From assembly GCA_032128115.1 (NCBI GenBank), contig JAQBHB010000033.1, forward strand, positions 1 through 55,230: a stretch of DNA of 55,230 bases, written 5' to 3'. The notes beneath the pieces are model-generated. The model did no database searches. It saw only the letters and a program-made list of their open reading frames with translations, and was not told where the DNA came from. The DNA is from Deltaproteobacteria bacterium (lineage in GTDB: Bacteria > Myxococcota_A > UBA9160 > SMWR01). Made by a program: the position numbers and the translations under genes. Numbering within the stretch: position 1 is the stretch's first letter; each line of letters opens with the position of its first letter. Below are positions 30,311-40,061 of this stretch, piece after piece.

Positions 30311-30676
30311 CTAGATGCCCTGGCCCGCGAAGGGCAGGATGGCCAGCTGGCGGGCGCGCTTGATGGCGATGGCCAGGGGCCGCTGGTGGCGAGCGCAATT
30401 GCCCGAGATGCGCCTCGGGATCATCTTGCCGGTCTCGCTCACGAACAGGCGCAGGGTCTTGGGATCCTTGTATTCCACGGTCAGCGTCGAGTCGGCGCAG
30501 AAGCGGCACACCTTGCGGCGCGAGAAGCCGCGCTTCTTGCCGCCGCGTAGCTTCTTGCGCGCACGCGCGCGCAAGCGGCCGCGGACGGTGTTGTCACTGG
30601 GGCGGTCGTCGCGATCCCGGCTTTCGCGCCGCGGCCCGCGGGGTCGATCGCCGTAAGATCCACCGGGGGCACTCAT
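30311..30676 (-). CDS. rpsR: 30S ribosomal protein S18 (Zn-binding type, N-terminal extension)
   Basis: RRKVCRFC, GK..PRRISG.C..HQR and AIKRAR. Confidence 0.95.
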   Translation of the reverse strand: MSAPGGSYGDRPRGPRRESRDRDDRPSDNTVRGRLRARARKKLRGGKKRGFSRRKVCRFCADSTLTVEYKDPKTLRLFVSETGKMIPRRISGNCARHQRPLAIAIKRARQLAILPFAGQGI

Positions 30677-31215
30677 TGCTCGTCCTCCTCGGCAACATCC
30701 TCGCTCTCGCCGTCGTCATCCTCGTCTAGCGTCTCGGCCGGCGCCTCATCTGAGGGCTCCGCCTCAGCCTCCGCGCGGCGGGCCTCGGCGGCCGCGGATC
30801 GCTCGGCCTCTTCCGAGGCCATTCGCACGGCGTCTTCCGCCTCGCGCGCGGCACGCTCCGCGGCCTTCTCGGCCCGCACGCGCTCGAGTTCGACGGCCTC
30901 GGCCTTGCGAGCGTCCACGTCTGCCACTTCGTCCTGCACCTGCACGGTGAGGAAGCGCAACACCGAGTCATCCAGCCGCAGCGTGCGCTCGATCTCGGGC
31001 ACCAACGTGCCCTCGTCCAGGTACATCAGGGTCAGGTAACGACCCTTCTGGAAGCTGCGGATCTCGTAGGCCAGCCGACGCCGGCCCATGTCGTCCCACA
31101 GCAGGCGCGTGGCACGGCCCTTTTCGAGCACGCCGTCGAGGCGGGCACACAGGGTCGCGATCCCCTCGTCGGAGATCTCGGGCTGCACGATGAAAGTCGT
31201 TTCGTATTCCCGCAC
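30673..31215 (-). CDS. rpsF: 30S ribosomal protein S6 with acidic tail
   Basis: GAGGAGG RBS, GTG at 31215; REYET, G.RRLAY.I and VLRFL. Confidence 0.95.
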   Translation of the reverse strand: MREYETTFIVQPEISDEGIATLCARLDGVLEKGRATRLLWDDMGRRRLAYEIRSFQKGRYLTLMYLDEGTLVPEIERTLRLDDSVLRFLTVQVQDEVADVDARKAEAVELERVRAEKAAERAAREAEDAVRMASEEAERSAAAEARRAEAEAEPSDEAPAETLDEDDDGESEDVAEEDEQ

Positions 31216-31218
31216 ACA

Positions 31219-31310
31219 TCCTCCTCGTGGACAGACGCCCGTGGCGTCCGAGCCCCGGAATTGGCGGCGCGGCCTACGGGTTGGCCAGCGCTCTCCGGGA
31301 CTGAGGCAAG
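31219..31310 (-). promoter_or_regulatory. Candidate S6:S18 ribosomal leader RNA
   Basis: CTTGCCTC can pair with the SD GAGGAGG, enclosing AGTCCCGGA/TCCGGGGCT and GACGCC/GGCGTC stems plus an unpaired CCA. Confidence 0.4.
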
Positions 31311-31386
31311 CTTCGTTGGACCTGGATGGATACCACACCGGGGCGATTCCGGCACCGGAAACGAGCGAATCTCGGCGGGCCAGGGG

Positions 31387-31470
31387 CTCTCAGGCGACCC
31401 GATCCAGCTCTCAGGCGACCCGATCCAGCACTCAGGCGACCCGATCCAGCACTCAGACGACCAGATCCAG
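31387..31470. repeat. 4 x 21-bp tandem repeat of the pdxT 3' end
   Basis: C(T/A)CTCAGGCGACCCGATCCAG at 31387, 31408 and 31429; degenerate copy at 31450 contains the pdxT stop. Confidence 0.93.
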
Positions 31471-32019
31471 CAACATCGCGTGGATCCGGACGTCGGAGGT
31501 CAGCTCCGGGTGGAAGGTCGTCGCCAGGGCCCGGCCCTGCCGCACGAAGACCGGCCAACCGCCCACGCGCGCCAGCACCTCCACGTCGGCCCCTGGGCGC
31601 CGCAGCCGCGGAGCCCGGATGAACACGCAGTCGAGATCTGGGATTTCGCCCTCGGCCGGGGCCGCGAAGGAGTCCACCTGGGTCCCGTAGGCGTTGCGCA
31701 CCGCCACCACGTCGATCAGGCCCAGGCTGCGCACGGGCTCGTTCTCCACCTCCCGGGCCATCAGCACGGCCCCGGCGCACGTGCCCAGGATCGGCTTCCC
31801 GGACCGGGCGAAGGCCTCGATCGGTTCGTACAAGTGAAGGCGATCCAGCCCCTTGGAGATGGTGGTGCTCTCGCCCCCCGGCAGAACCAGTGCCGAGAGC
31901 CCGTCCAGATCCTTGTCCCGGCGCACCCGCACGACCTGCGCGCCCACGCGGGCCAACGCCTGCGCGTGGGCCGCCACATCGCCCTGTATGGCGAGGATCC
32001 CGACCCGAGGGGCGCTCAT
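31453..32019 (-). CDS. pdxT: PLP synthase glutaminase subunit
   Basis: GILAIQG, PGGEST, GTCAG, FIRAP and FHPE. Confidence 0.95.
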   Translation of the reverse strand: MSAPRVGILAIQGDVAAHAQALARVGAQVVRVRRDKDLDGLSALVLPGGESTTISKGLDRLHLYEPIEAFARSGKPILGTCAGAVLMAREVENEPVRSLGLIDVVAVRNAYGTQVDSFAAPAEGEIPDLDCVFIRAPRLRRPGADVEVLARVGGWPVFVRQGRALATTFHPELTSDVRIHAMLLDLVV

Positions 32020-32023
32020 GACC

Positions 32024-32974
32024 TCACCAGCCCCGATTCGCGAGACGCTCGTGCTCGGCCAGGGTCTTCATCTCGATGCCTTCCATGGCGCTCCCGAGTC
32101 CGCGGCACGCGGCCAACACCTCCTCCGGCTCGTCCCAGTGGGTGGTGGCCCGAACCACGGCGCGCGCCCGGGCCGGCGGATCCGCACTCTTGAAGATCCC
32201 CGAGCCCACGAACACCGCCTCGGCTCCCAGCGCCATGCACAGGGCCGCGTCCGCCGGCGTGGCGATGCCCCCGGCGGCGAAGTTGGGAACCGGCAGTGCG
32301 CCCAACTCGGCCACGCGGCGCACCAATTCCACCGGCGCGCCAAGCTCCTTGGCCCGAGTCGGAAGCTCTTCCTCGCGCAGGGCGGCGAGCCCGCGGATGT
32401 CGCCAAAGACCTGACGCAGGTGGCGAACCGCCTCGACGATGTTGCCGCTGCCCGCCTCGCCCTTGGTGCGGATCATGGCCGCGCCCTCTCCGAGCCGGCG
32501 CAGGGCCTCACCCAGGTTGCGAGCACCGCACACGAACGGCGAGCGGAAGCCGCGCTTTTCGATGTGGTGCTCCTCGTCGGCGGGGGTGAGCACCTCGCTC
32601 TCGTCGATGAAGTCGACGCCCAGCGACTCCAGGATGCGAGCCTCGGCGAAGTGGCCGATGCGCACCTTCGCCATGACCGGGATCGATACCGAGCGCTGGA
32701 TGCCCTCGATCACCTCGATCGAGCACATGCGGGCGACCCCGCCGTCGCGGCGGATGTCGGCCGGCACGCGCTCGAGCGCCATCACGGCGCAGGCTCCCGC
32801 CTCCTCGGCAATCTTGGCCTGGTCGGGCGTGGTGACGTCCATGATCACGCCGCCCTTGAGCATCTCGGCCAGGCCGACCTTGATCTCGAACGACTCGGCG
32901 GTGGCCCGGACGCCCCCGTTGCCGCCCTCTCCGCGCTTTCCGCCGCTTCCGCCCTTTCGTTGCTGACTCGCCAT
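32024..32974 (-). CDS. pdxS: PLP synthase lyase subunit
   Basis: [35 protein letters not shown] and [10 protein letters not shown]. Confidence 0.97.
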   Translation of the reverse strand: MASQQRKGGSGGKRGEGGNGGVRATAESFEIKVGLAEMLKGGVIMDVTTPDQAKIAEEAGACAVMALERVPADIRRDGGVARMCSIEVIEGIQRSVSIPVMAKVRIGHFAEARILESLGVDFIDESEVLTPADEEHHIEKRGFRSPFVCGARNLGEALRRLGEGAAMIRTKGEAGSGNIVEAVRHLRQVFGDIRGLAALREEELPTRAKELGAPVELVRRVAELGALPVPNFAAGGIATPADAALCMALGAEAVFVGSGIFKSADPPARARAVVRATTHWDEPEEVLAACRGLGSAMEGIEMKTLAEHERLANRGW

Positions 32975-33024
32975 TTTCGATGCCTCCGTCTACCGGGGAT
33001 CCATGGGCGGAACCCCGCTGATGC

Positions 33025-34506
33025 TCAGATCTGGACCTGGGTCGTGCGCCGCGGATGGTCGCGCAGCCGGGCGCGGATCACCCGCGCCAGCGCCGACACG
33101 CCCCGCACAAGCGACTCCTCGTTGGCCATGGCAAACGTGAGTCGCAACCCCCGCGACGTGCGGCCGTCCAGGTGGAACTGTGACCCGGGCGCGAACAACA
33201 CGCCTGCCGCCACGGCGTCCGCCAGCAGATCTCCAGTGTCGATCGACTCGGGCACCTCCAGCCACACCTGATAGCCACCCTGGGGCTCGGTCCAACGCAC
33301 GCCTTCGGGCATCTCCGCCGCAAGCGCCGTCAGCAGGGCGCGGCACCGGGAGCGCAGGATGCGGCGTAGCCGTGTCAGGTGGCGGTCGTACTCGCCGCGC
33401 GCGATGAACTCCGCCAGCGCCGCCTGCAGGGGCATGGAGTCCGAGAGATCGGTTGCCTGCTTGAGCGCCACCAGCGCGTCCACCAATCCGGCGCGCGCGG
33501 CGATCGCTCCCACCCGCACGCCCGGAAACAACGACTTCGAGAACGACGACAGGTGCAGCACGAGCCCCGAACGATCCAGGGCCGCCAGAGACGGCACCGG
33601 TTTGCCGTCGAAGCGCAGATCCATCTCGTAGCCGTCCACCACCACCGGTTTGCCGCAACGTGTGGCGATCTCCAGCAGGGCTCTCCTGTGCTCGAGCGAG
33701 GTGGTGATTCCCATCGGGTTGTGGAACGTGGGGATGGTGTAGAGGAGCTTCACGTCGGGGCGCTGCAGCACGCGCGCAGCACTGGCCAGATCGAGGCCCG
33801 TCTCGCGCATGGGTATGGCCACCGGCTCGAGCCCCAGGCCGAAGGCGGTGGCAATCGCGTTGCTGTAGGTGGGCTCCTCGAGGGCGATGCAATCCCCCGG
33901 GCTCGCGAACAGGCGCAGGCAGAGGGCAATGCCCTGGCTGGCGCCGTGGCAGAGCACGATCTGGTCGGCCGCCACGTCGATGGCGGCGCGGCGCAACCGT
34001 TCGGCCACCACGTCGCGCAGCGCCGGGTGACCCTGGGGATCGCCGTAGGCCAGCAGCTCCGGACTCCCATGGATCAGCACCCGGTTGAGAATCCGCCGGA
34101 AGGAATCCATCGGGTACAGGGAGGCGTCGGGAATCACGGCGTGCATGGGCACGCCGCCGCTGCCACTCCCGAACCGCGGCCGCGCCCGCGTGAGGTCGAG
34201 CAAGCGCTGGACCAGCGGAGACACCGCCGGTTCGAAGGGCGGCGGGGAAGCCTCGACCTCCGCACTTCGCACGAACGTGCCGCGACCGACCGTGGACTCC
34301 ACCACGCCGTCGGCGGCCAGCTCCTCGTAGGCGAGGGCCACCGTGTCGCGATTCACTGCCAGCTGCCGGGCCAGCGCGCGGATCGTGGGCAGCCGCGCGC
34401 CGGCTTCGAACTCGCGCGACTCGATCCGGTGGCGGATCTGCGCGGCGATCTGGCGGTAGACGGGGCGCCCGTCACGGCCCGCGTCCCGATCCAGCGAAAA
34501 CTGCAT
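33025..34506 (-). CDS. MocR/GabR-family regulator (PdxR-like)
   Basis: GntR wHTH (LPTIR.LA..L.VNR.TV..AY) plus PLP domain (E.PTY, NPMG, SFSK.LFPG.R.G); directly upstream of pdxS. Confidence 0.88.
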   Translation of the reverse strand: MQFSLDRDAGRDGRPVYRQIAAQIRHRIESREFEAGARLPTIRALARQLAVNRDTVALAYEELAADGVVESTVGRGTFVRSAEVEASPPPFEPAVSPLVQRLLDLTRARPRFGSGSGGVPMHAVIPDASLYPMDSFRRILNRVLIHGSPELLAYGDPQGHPALRDVVAERLRRAAIDVAADQIVLCHGASQGIALCLRLFASPGDCIALEEPTYSNAIATAFGLGLEPVAIPMRETGLDLASAARVLQRPDVKLLYTIPTFHNPMGITTSLEHRRALLEIATRCGKPVVVDGYEMDLRFDGKPVPSLAALDRSGLVLHLSSFSKSLFPGVRVGAIAARAGLVDALVALKQATDLSDSMPLQAALAEFIARGEYDRHLTRLRRILRSRCRALLTALAAEMPEGVRWTEPQGGYQVWLEVPESIDTGDLLADAVAAGVLFAPGSQFHLDGRTSRGLRLTFAMANEESLVRGVSALARVIRARLRDHPRRTTQVQI

Positions 34507-34539
34507 GATTCCGAGGATACGACCGGGGAAATGCCGGGT

Positions 34540-34607
34540 CAATCCTGGATTGTAGGGACAATTATCGGATTTATCGGGTCATTTATGGAGAATCAAAGCC
34601 AGACAAT
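34540..34607. promoter_or_regulatory. Putative MocR-type operator
   Basis: CAATCC-T-GGATTG palindrome at 34540-34552; GACAAT at 34557 and 34602; AT-rich island. Confidence 0.45.
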
Positions 34608-35875
34608 CAATCCGGCGGATTCTCCTCGGGTCGGCCCATGCCCAGCCCGCGGGCAATCAAGATCGCCACCAGGCCCACGAAGCCCGAGAAGAGTGCCCCC
34701 ATCTTGGCCTCGCCCAGCAGTACCGGGTCGGTGAAAGCGGCCCCCGCCACGAACAACGCCACGGTCAGGCCCAGTGCCGCCACGAAGCCCGCCATGACCA
34801 GCTCACGCACGCCCATGCGATGCGGGAGCGGGAAGCCCAGGCGCCGCGCCATCAGCCCGAAGGCCGTGACGCCCAGCGTCTTGCCCACCACGAGTGACCC
34901 CAGGACCACCCACGTGAGCGCCCCGATCTTCGCCAGCGGGACGCCGGCGTTGGCAAACGCGAAGAAGAACAGGCCGAAGTCCACGAACAACTTCATGTGG
35001 TGTTCGAAGCGGTGGAGGGGTGAGTGCCTCATGTGCAGGTCCTCGGCCAGGGCCTCGCCCATGCGATCGACCTCGTCCTCGGCCACGAACAAGCCCACGT
35101 CGCGGCGGGGCCCGGGCAGCGCCGGCACGATGAAAACCAGGGCCAGGGCCGGATGCAGGTGGGCCAGCGTCAGGCCCGACCAGGCCAGGGGCCCCCCCAC
35201 GCCCACGTAGGGGATCCAGGACTTCACCCCCATGCGGCGCATGGCGAAGGCCGCCGCCATGCCGACGAGCACCAGGCCCAGGAATTCGGGACGTGCCGGC
35301 AGCGCCGGGTCGCCGTAGAAGACCGCGATGATCACGAGTCCGATGGCGTCGTCGGCCACCGCCAACAGCAGCAGGAAGTTCACCGCCGGGTGGCCTCGCC
35401 CGAATACGGCTCGCGCAACCAGCCAGGCCAGTGCGATGTCGGTGGCGGTGGGAATGCCCCAACCGCGATGCAGCAGGCGCACGTCATCGGCTGGCCCGTA
35501 GACGCCGACGGCGAACAGGAGCCAGATGCTTGCGAAGAAGACGAGAATCGGGCCCACCACGCCGCCGAGGGTGGCCAGCAGCGGGTTCACGGCCTTGGCG
35601 GGTGGGTTCAGGCTGCCGCCGGGCAGGCAGGCTTCGGTGATCTCCTTGGCGGCGATCCCGAAGAAGAAGACCATGAAGACTTCGTTCACGAGGAAGTGGA
35701 ACCTGAGATCGTGGCCGAAGATCGTGAAGTCTCCGAACGGCAGCCACTCGAGCACGTGGTGGTAGCTTTCGTAGGCCACGTTGGCTGCGACCATGGCCAC
35801 TACCACCCCCGCGATCAGGGGGATCGAGAACTCCTGCAGCAGGTTCACGACGCGGGGGCGTTCGACGGCGCTCAT
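34607..35875 (-). CDS. nhaA: Na+/H+ antiporter NhaA family
   Basis: GWGIPTATDIA, LLLAVADD..G..IIA.FY, FANAG and GK..G. Confidence 0.88.
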   Translation of the reverse strand: MSAVERPRVVNLLQEFSIPLIAGVVVAMVAANVAYESYHHVLEWLPFGDFTIFGHDLRFHFLVNEVFMVFFFGIAAKEITEACLPGGSLNPPAKAVNPLLATLGGVVGPILVFFASIWLLFAVGVYGPADDVRLLHRGWGIPTATDIALAWLVARAVFGRGHPAVNFLLLLAVADDAIGLVIIAVFYGDPALPARPEFLGLVLVGMAAAFAMRRMGVKSWIPYVGVGGPLAWSGLTLAHLHPALALVFIVPALPGPRRDVGLFVAEDEVDRMGEALAEDLHMRHSPLHRFEHHMKLFVDFGLFFFAFANAGVPLAKIGALTWVVLGSLVVGKTLGVTAFGLMARRLGFPLPHRMGVRELVMAGFVAALGLTVALFVAGAAFTDPVLLGEAKMGALFSGFVGLVAILIARGLGMGRPEENPPD

Positions 35876-36492
35876 GACTCCTCGCCCGGCTCGCGGTCGG
35901 CTGCCGCGGGATCGCGATTGTAACGATTCATCGCCACCGGAAGGCCCTCGACGTAGATCGCCCGGATGGCCAGCGCCGCATCGGCGATGCGAGCCTCGAG
36001 CCCGGCTCCCTCGTCGGACGAGAAGCCCTCGAGCACGTGTTCCGGCGTGCCCTGGGGGCCCTGCGGCCGCCCGACTCCGAAGCGCAGACGCGGGAAGGCC
36101 TGGTGGCCGAGCACCTCGATCACATGCCCGAGGCCCCGGTGGCCGGCGGAGCCCCCGCGCGGGCGAATGCGGATGCGCCCGAAGGGAAGGTCCACATCGT
36201 CGAACACCAGCAGCAGATCTTCACCCGGATCCGCGATCGCCAGCGTCCGCACCGCCTCGCCCACCGAATCTCCCGAGCGGTTCATGAAGGTCTGCGGCTC
36301 GAGCAGTGCGATGGAAAGCGAGCTGCCGTCCGGAAGTGGAAGCGACCCGCTGCCGAAGCGGCCCTCGAACCGTTCCTGCTCGAGCGCGATGCCCAGATCG
36401 CGAGCCAGGCGCGTAACGATCCGGAAGCCCACGTTGTGGCGGGTGTGGAAGTAGCGGCGTCCGGGATTCCCCAGGCCAACGACGAGCTTCAC
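35872..36492 (-). CDS. pth: Peptidyl-tRNA hydrolase
   Basis: VGLGNPG..Y..TRHNVGF, PQTFMN.SG and GG..GH.G. Confidence 0.96.
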   Translation of the reverse strand: MKLVVGLGNPGRRYFHTRHNVGFRIVTRLARDLGIALEQERFEGRFGSGSLPLPDGSSLSIALLEPQTFMNRSGDSVGEAVRTLAIADPGEDLLLVFDDVDLPFGRIRIRPRGGSAGHRGLGHVIEVLGHQAFPRLRFGVGRPQGPQGTPEHVLEGFSSDEGAGLEARIADAALAIRAIYVEGLPVAMNRYNRDPAAADREPGEES

Positions 36493-36526
36493 TGCAGCTG
36501 CGACGCGATTCGCCGCCGCGCTTTTC

Positions 36527-37201
36527 CTAGTCCTTGTCCTTGGCGTCGTCGGGCGCTGATGCGGCCGCCTCGCCCTCGGCCGCTGCGGCCGCCTCGCCCT
36601 CCGGCACCTCGACGTCGGGGGCCGCCGCCTCTTCTTCGGCCGCCGGCGCGGCCACCAGCACCACGGCCAGCTCCGGATCGTCCACGAGCTCGACGCCCGG
36701 AGGCAGCGTCAGGTCGCGAACGTGCAGCGACATCCCGATCTCGAGCGCGCTCACGTCCACCCGGATCTCCTCGGGAATCGCGGTGGGCAGGCACTCGAAC
36801 TCGATTTCGCGCAGGGTGTGCTCGAGGATTCCTCCGAACTTCACACCTGCCGGGATTCCCTCCAGATGCACGGGAACCTGCACACGCACCGTCTGGGCCA
36901 GGTCCACGGTGTAGAGGTCCGCGTGCACCAGATGCCCGCCCACCGGGGTGCGCTGCAACTCGCGCACCAGCACCCGGGACCCGTCCAGCACGCTGCCGCC
37001 CTCGACTTTCAACTCGAAGAGCGTGTTGAGGCCGTCGGCGGCGAGCACCTGCTCCAGGGGCTTGGGGTCGAGGCTGACGGACAGCGGGGCGGTCTTGCGC
37101 CCGTAGCAGATGCCGGGGATGCGACCCGCTGCGCGCAGACGGCGCGCGGCGCCCTTGCCGCTTTCCTGGCGCACTTCGACGACCAACTGGTTCTCGGCCA
37201 C
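36527..37201 (-). CDS. rplY: 50S ribosomal protein L25/Ctc
   Basis: GKGAARRLR..G.IP...YG, H.DL and G.L.H..RE. Confidence 0.95.
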   Translation of the reverse strand: MAENQLVVEVRQESGKGAARRLRAAGRIPGICYGRKTAPLSVSLDPKPLEQVLAADGLNTLFELKVEGGSVLDGSRVLVRELQRTPVGGHLVHADLYTVDLAQTVRVQVPVHLEGIPAGVKFGGILEHTLREIEFECLPTAIPEEIRVDVSALEIGMSLHVRDLTLPPGVELVDDPELAVVLVAAPAAEEEAAAPDVEVPEGEAAAAAEGEAAASAPDDAKDKD

Positions 37202-37222
37202 GATTCTCTCCTCGGAATTCGA

Positions 37223-38161
37223 TCAGACGAAAAGCGAGCTCACGCTCTCTTCGTTGTTGATGCGGCGGATGGATTCGCTCAGCAGGGGAGCGATGGAGAT
37301 CACGTGCAGCTTATCGCAGCTGAGGGCGTCGGGTCGCAGCGGAACCGTGTTGGTGATCACCAGCTCCTCCAGCTGCGACTCGCTGATGCGCTTGATGGCC
37401 GGCCCCGAGAGCACCGCGTGGGTGATCACGGCGGCGACCGAGCGTGCACCTTCGCGCTTGAGCGCTCGCGCCGACTCGGCCAGGGTTCCGGCGGTATCCA
37501 CGATGTCGTCCACGATCACGCACGTGCGGTCGCGCACGTCGCCGACGATGTTCATCACCTCGGAAACGTTGGCGGCCTCGCGGCGTTTGTCGATGATGGC
37601 CAGGTTCACGTCCAGGCGCTTGGCGTAGGCCCGCGATCGCTCCACGCCGCCCGCGTCAGGCGAGATGATCACCACCGAGTCGCCGTAGCGCTCGCGAATC
37701 GCCTGCAGCAGCACCGGCGTCGCAAACAGGTTGTCCACCGGAATGTTGAAGAAGCCCTGGAGCTGCCCCGCGTGCAGATCGATGCAGAGCACGCGGTCGG
37801 TGCCCGCCGTCGAAATCAGGTCGGCCACCAGCTTCGCCGAGATGGGAACCCGGGGCGCCACCTTGCGGTCCTGACGCGCGTAGCCGTAGTACGGAATCAC
37901 CGCCGTGACGCGCCGGGCCGAGGATCGCCGCAGGGCGTCGATCATGATCAGCAGCTCCATCAGGTGCGAATTGGCAGGCGCGCAGGTGGACTGGAGCACG
38001 AAGCAGTCGAGGCCGCGGACGTTCTCGCCCAGTTCGACACTCACCTCGCCATCGCTGAAGGTGCCGACGTCGGCCTTGCCCAGCTCGATGCCCAGGTGGG
38101 CCGCCACCGATTGGGCGAGGGGAATGTTCGAGTTGCCCGCGAAGAGCTTCATCGCCTGCAT
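37223..38161 (-). CDS. prs: Ribose-phosphate pyrophosphokinase
   Basis: [31 protein letters not shown] and [10 protein letters not shown]. Confidence 0.97.
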   Translation of the reverse strand: MQAMKLFAGNSNIPLAQSVAAHLGIELGKADVGTFSDGEVSVELGENVRGLDCFVLQSTCAPANSHLMELLIMIDALRRSSARRVTAVIPYYGYARQDRKVAPRVPISAKLVADLISTAGTDRVLCIDLHAGQLQGFFNIPVDNLFATPVLLQAIRERYGDSVVIISPDAGGVERSRAYAKRLDVNLAIIDKRREAANVSEVMNIVGDVRDRTCVIVDDIVDTAGTLAESARALKREGARSVAAVITHAVLSGPAIKRISESQLEELVITNTVPLRPDALSCDKLHVISIAPLLSESIRRINNEESVSSLFV

Positions 38162-38193
38162 GACTGACCCCGACTCGTAGCTGCCGCCACCGG

Positions 38194-38268
<75 letters not shown>

Positions 38269-38342
38269 CCGGCGGCGCAACGCCCGCGCGGGCGCCTCCC
38301 CGCCGCCGGAGAGGGTCGCCCCCACAGCGCCGGTCCGCCAGC

Positions 38343-39287
38343 CTATCGGGATTCGACCCGGCCCGCGACCCGGACTGCGACCCCGGATCCGAGCGTGGCC
38401 GCGACCCGCGCCCACACCGGCGGCTCGAAGCCGGCGCGGGCCAGGCCCGCTCGGGCAGCAGCGGCGTCGGCGAACACCCCGAACAAGGTGGCGCCGCTGC
38501 CCGACATGCCCACCGCCAACGCCCCGGCGGCGTCCAGCTGCCGGCGCAGACGCGCCACCGGAGGACACAGGCGGATGGCGGCTGCCTCCAGATCGTTGGC
38601 CAGCAGCGCAGCGAAGTCCGCCGCGGGCGCCCCGCGATCGGGCCAGACCCGCGCAACCCGCGCCGCCAGGCCGACGTCGATCTCCGCCCCGGGATCCGGC
38701 ACCAGGGCGTCATGGGCGGCGTAGACCGCGGTCGTGGCCAGGGGCAGGCCCGGGTTGGCCAGCACCAGGGCCAGCGGACCGAGGCCCGTCAGGGGCTCGA
38801 CCTGCTCTCCCACGCCCCGCACCAGGGCCGGGCGCGGATCCAGGAAATAGGGCACGTCGGCCCCCAGGCCGAGCGCCAGCCGGGCCAGATCGTCGCGGGC
38901 GTAGGCGTCGGGAAACTCCGCAGCGAGGCCCCGCAACACGGCCCCCGCATCGCTCGAGCCACCGCCGAGACCGGCCGCCGGGGGCACGCGCTTGGTGAGC
39001 CGGATCGAAACCCGGTGAGAAAGGCCTGCCCCCGAGAGAAACTCGCTGGCGGCGCGGGCGGCCAGGTTGCTGGCGTCCCGGGGCACCGGCGACGCGGCCG
39101 GGTCCGAGTCCGTGCTGAGTTCGAACTCGACCCGGGCGCGAGCAGCCGGCGCAACGGCCAGCTCGACCCGATCGCAAAGGTCCAGGGGTACGAACACGCT
39201 CTCCAGCTCGTGGAGACCATCGCCGCGAATGCCGGTGATGCGCAGCCCCAGGTTGAGCTTGGCAGGGGCGGAGAGCGGCGGGTTCAG
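38343..39287 (-). CDS. ispE: 4-diphosphocytidyl-2-C-methyl-D-erythritol kinase
   Basis: [36 protein letters not shown] and MSGSG; start probably CTG at 39287. Confidence 0.92.
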   Translation of the reverse strand: MNPPLSAPAKLNLGLRITGIRGDGLHELESVFVPLDLCDRVELAVAPAARARVEFELSTDSDPAASPVPRDASNLAARAASEFLSGAGLSHRVSIRLTKRVPPAAGLGGGSSDAGAVLRGLAAEFPDAYARDDLARLALGLGADVPYFLDPRPALVRGVGEQVEPLTGLGPLALVLANPGLPLATTAVYAAHDALVPDPGAEIDVGLAARVARVWPDRGAPAADFAALLANDLEAAAIRLCPPVARLRRQLDAAGALAVGMSGSGATLFGVFADAAAARAGLARAGFEPPVWARVAATLGSGVAVRVAGRVESR

Positions 39288-39694
39288 CTGCCGGTCTCGC
39301 CGGCCGGACCGGCGCCCGGTGTGGCCTTGCCCGCATTCACGAAGTGCATGCGGAGCTCGTAGAGAAGGTCCCCCACGAGTCGGATCTCCGCGGCCTGCAG
39401 GTTGCCCCGGGTCTTGTCCTCGAGCATCTGCAGGGTGTCGATGGTCTGCTTCGCCGCGGTCAGGTTCGGCTCGGCCGCGGTCTTGCCGGTTTCGGGATCT
39501 CCCACCAGTCCCAGGTGGTAGAGCGCCGAGGTCGCCAGCGACAGGACGAATGCGGAGAAGTCGACCCGCGGCAGCGGCCCCGCGGATGCCTCCTCATGAT
39601 CGCCCTCGGACCCGGCCGGCTTCGACTCTTCGCCCGGGTCGCCCCGGCGGTCGACGATGGTGAAGCCGCGATCTTCCGACTTCTCGTCCGCCAT
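39284..39694 (-). CDS. DUF1844 domain protein
   Basis: F..FVLSL...A..LG...P, AKQTID.L.ML..KTRGNL..E and LYELRM.FV. Confidence 0.85.
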   Translation of the reverse strand: MADEKSEDRGFTIVDRRGDPGEESKPAGSEGDHEEASAGPLPRVDFSAFVLSLATSALYHLGLVGDPETGKTAAEPNLTAAKQTIDTLQMLEDKTRGNLQAAEIRLVGDLLYELRMHFVNAGKATPGAGPAGETGS

Positions 39695-39716
39695 GGGATC
39701 CGGTCCTCCAGCTCCG

Positions 39717-39902
39717 CTATGCCGAGTGCGGCTTGTCCGTTTCGAGGTCTGTGCTCGGGTTGGCTTCGCCCAGCGTCGTCAACTTGTCCGAAACGTCGGG
39801 CAGCGAGTCGAGCGCCTTCTTGAGCTCCTTGGCGGTGACCCAGCCACGGCGTTGGACGAGTCGGCGATCGAGTCGTAGCTTCTTGATTGATTCTTGATCC
39901 AT
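39717..39902 (-). CDS. 61-aa hypothetical protein
   Basis: GAGGGG RBS; MDQESIKKLRLDRRLVQRRGW...L..LPDVSDK; co-oriented with DUF1844 and ispE. Confidence 0.7.
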   Translation of the reverse strand: MDQESIKKLRLDRRLVQRRGWVTAKELKKALDSLPDVSDKLTTLGEANPSTDLETDKPHSA

Positions 39903-39903
39903 G

Positions 39904-39958
39904 GATTCCCCTCTGATTCCGCCGCGATTCCACCGCGATTCCAACGTGATCCCACCGG
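39904..39958. repeat. 5 x 11-bp phased repeat (GATTCC core)
   Basis: GATTCC at 39904, 39915, 39926 and 39937; GATCCC at 39948. Confidence 0.85.
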
Positions 39959-40061
39959 CAACCCTCCGGACCGGGATCCGGGCCTGGGGTGAGAACCCTA
40001 GCAAATTGGCGTGTCTAGAGCGGATCCGATAGCCTGCGAGACGTTGGCGTTGGAGGTGACC

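Noticed and set aside
36559..36602. 24-bp duplication in the rplY tail (EGEAAA)
   Set aside because: Ordinary low-complexity L25/Ctc tail.
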